From: Streptosporangiaceae bacterium
Lineage (GTDB): Bacteria > Actinomycetota > Actinomycetes > Streptosporangiales > Streptosporangiaceae
Direction of reading: 5' to 3'
Assembly: GCA_036005525.1 (NCBI GenBank)
Contig: DASYQM010000003.1
Span: forward strand, 4,858 to 68,857
Length of the DNA stretch: 64,000 bases
Part shown: piece after piece, positions 63,665 through 64,000 of the stretch
Layout: every line of letters begins with the position of its first letter
How positions within the stretch are numbered: the first letter of the stretch is position 1
Notes under the pieces: model-generated
Databases searched by the model: none
What the model saw: only the letters and a program-made list of their open reading frames with translations
Told to the model about the DNA's origin: nothing
Position numbers and translations under genes: made by a program

Positions 63665-64000
63665 ATGGAGGCTTTTCGGGGGATTAAGTGCTCCTCGTTC
63701 TGGGATGCCTTGGTGCTGCGGCTCATGCTGGAGGAGCATGGCGTCCAGGTTCATGTGCCGGATCAGGGCGTGGTCTTGAGCATGGTGGCCTCGGGGGAGC
63801 TCGACGGGATCAGGGCCGCGGTGGAGCAGCTCGGCAACGAGTTCCCGCGCTCAGGCTCGGTCATCATCGAGGGCGAGGATCGCGATCGCAGCGCCGAGAA
63901 CGGGCGGGCGACGGCGCTCAGCTACGACATCGCGGAGGAAGCGCGCGCCGCCCACCGGGCTCAACCTCAGGAGGCCACCCGGCCGCCCGGCGGCACGGCG
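63665..64000 (+). CDS. hypothetical protein, 5' part only (runs off window end)
   Basis: Own translation from ATG 63665 (in-frame TGA at 63659): MEAFRGIKCSSFWDALVLRLMLEEHGVQVHVPDQGVVLSMVASGELDGIRAAVEQLGNEFPRSGSVIIEGEDRDRSAENGRATALSYDIAEEARAAH... The frame is open to 64000 with GC-rich third positions. It is not in the track because no stop lies in the window. Confidence 0.45.
   Translation, partial: MEAFRGIKCSSFWDALVLRLMLEEHGVQVHVPDQGVVLSMVASGELDGIRAAVEQLGNEFPRSGSVIIEGEDRDRSAENGRATALSYDIAEEARAAHRAQPQEATRPPGGTA

Noticed and set aside
1-64000. Search for mobile elements, prophage, defence systems or a biosynthetic gene cluster
   Set aside because: No transposase, integrase, recombinase, restriction/modification, toxin-antitoxin, Cas, PKS/NRPS or phage structural signatures were seen in any credible ORF. 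The repeats found are short non-coding elements.

Overview
Very GC-rich (by eye about 70% or more, not computed) actinobacterial chromosomal core DNA, densely packed with roughly 65 protein genes on both strands. I saw no rRNA, tRNA, CRISPR array, transposase, integrase or phage gene. The gene order matches the conserved actinobacterial block known from Mycobacterium tuberculosis Rv2172c-Rv2206 and the Streptomyces qcr/cta region. In window order it runs: metF, polyprenyl synthase, Rv2175c-like regulator, PASTA Ser/Thr kinase, nfo, DAHP synthase, thiI. Then come pfkA, glpK, plsC-like acyltransferase, ROK glucokinase, SRPBCC protein, FadD15-like ligase, PimB-like GT4, RipC-like NlpC/P60, exonuclease and trpD. 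These are followed by ctaE-qcrCAB, ctaF-ctaD-ctaC, tusA-like, adenosine kinase and erpA. Next are the pspA-pspAA-htpX-pspAB envelope-stress module, DUF3043, and a convergent type IIA topoisomerase A/B pair. Less conserved genes interrupt this backbone: EthD, a DGPF/YciI protein with an ECF42-type sigma factor, Bcp, a GNAT remnant, an acyl-CoA synthetase, a methyltransferase and a NarL-type two-component system. Many long ORFs in the supplied track are antisense shadows of real genes, which is typical of high-GC DNA, and I rejected them. Points worth a second look are:
- A candidate ydaO/c-di-AMP riboswitch in front of the NlpC/P60 gene.
- A family of hairpins with a conserved CGTGATCATG/CATGATCACG stem at three loci.
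- A 91-nt structured repeat present twice, 9 kb apart.
- A tandem duplication of the histidine-kinase 5' end that yields a stand-alone two-TM mini-protein.
- A polytopic membrane-protein ORF with no stop codon, which runs through a 15-bp tandem repeat into the antisense of a convergent reductase gene.
- A thioredoxin-reductase-like protein without the redox CxxC, fused to a receiver-like N-terminus.
- Several tandem or direct repeats and palindromes in promoter regions.
I found no clear defence island or mobile element. All family assignments come from reading the translations and from remembered synteny, not from searches.
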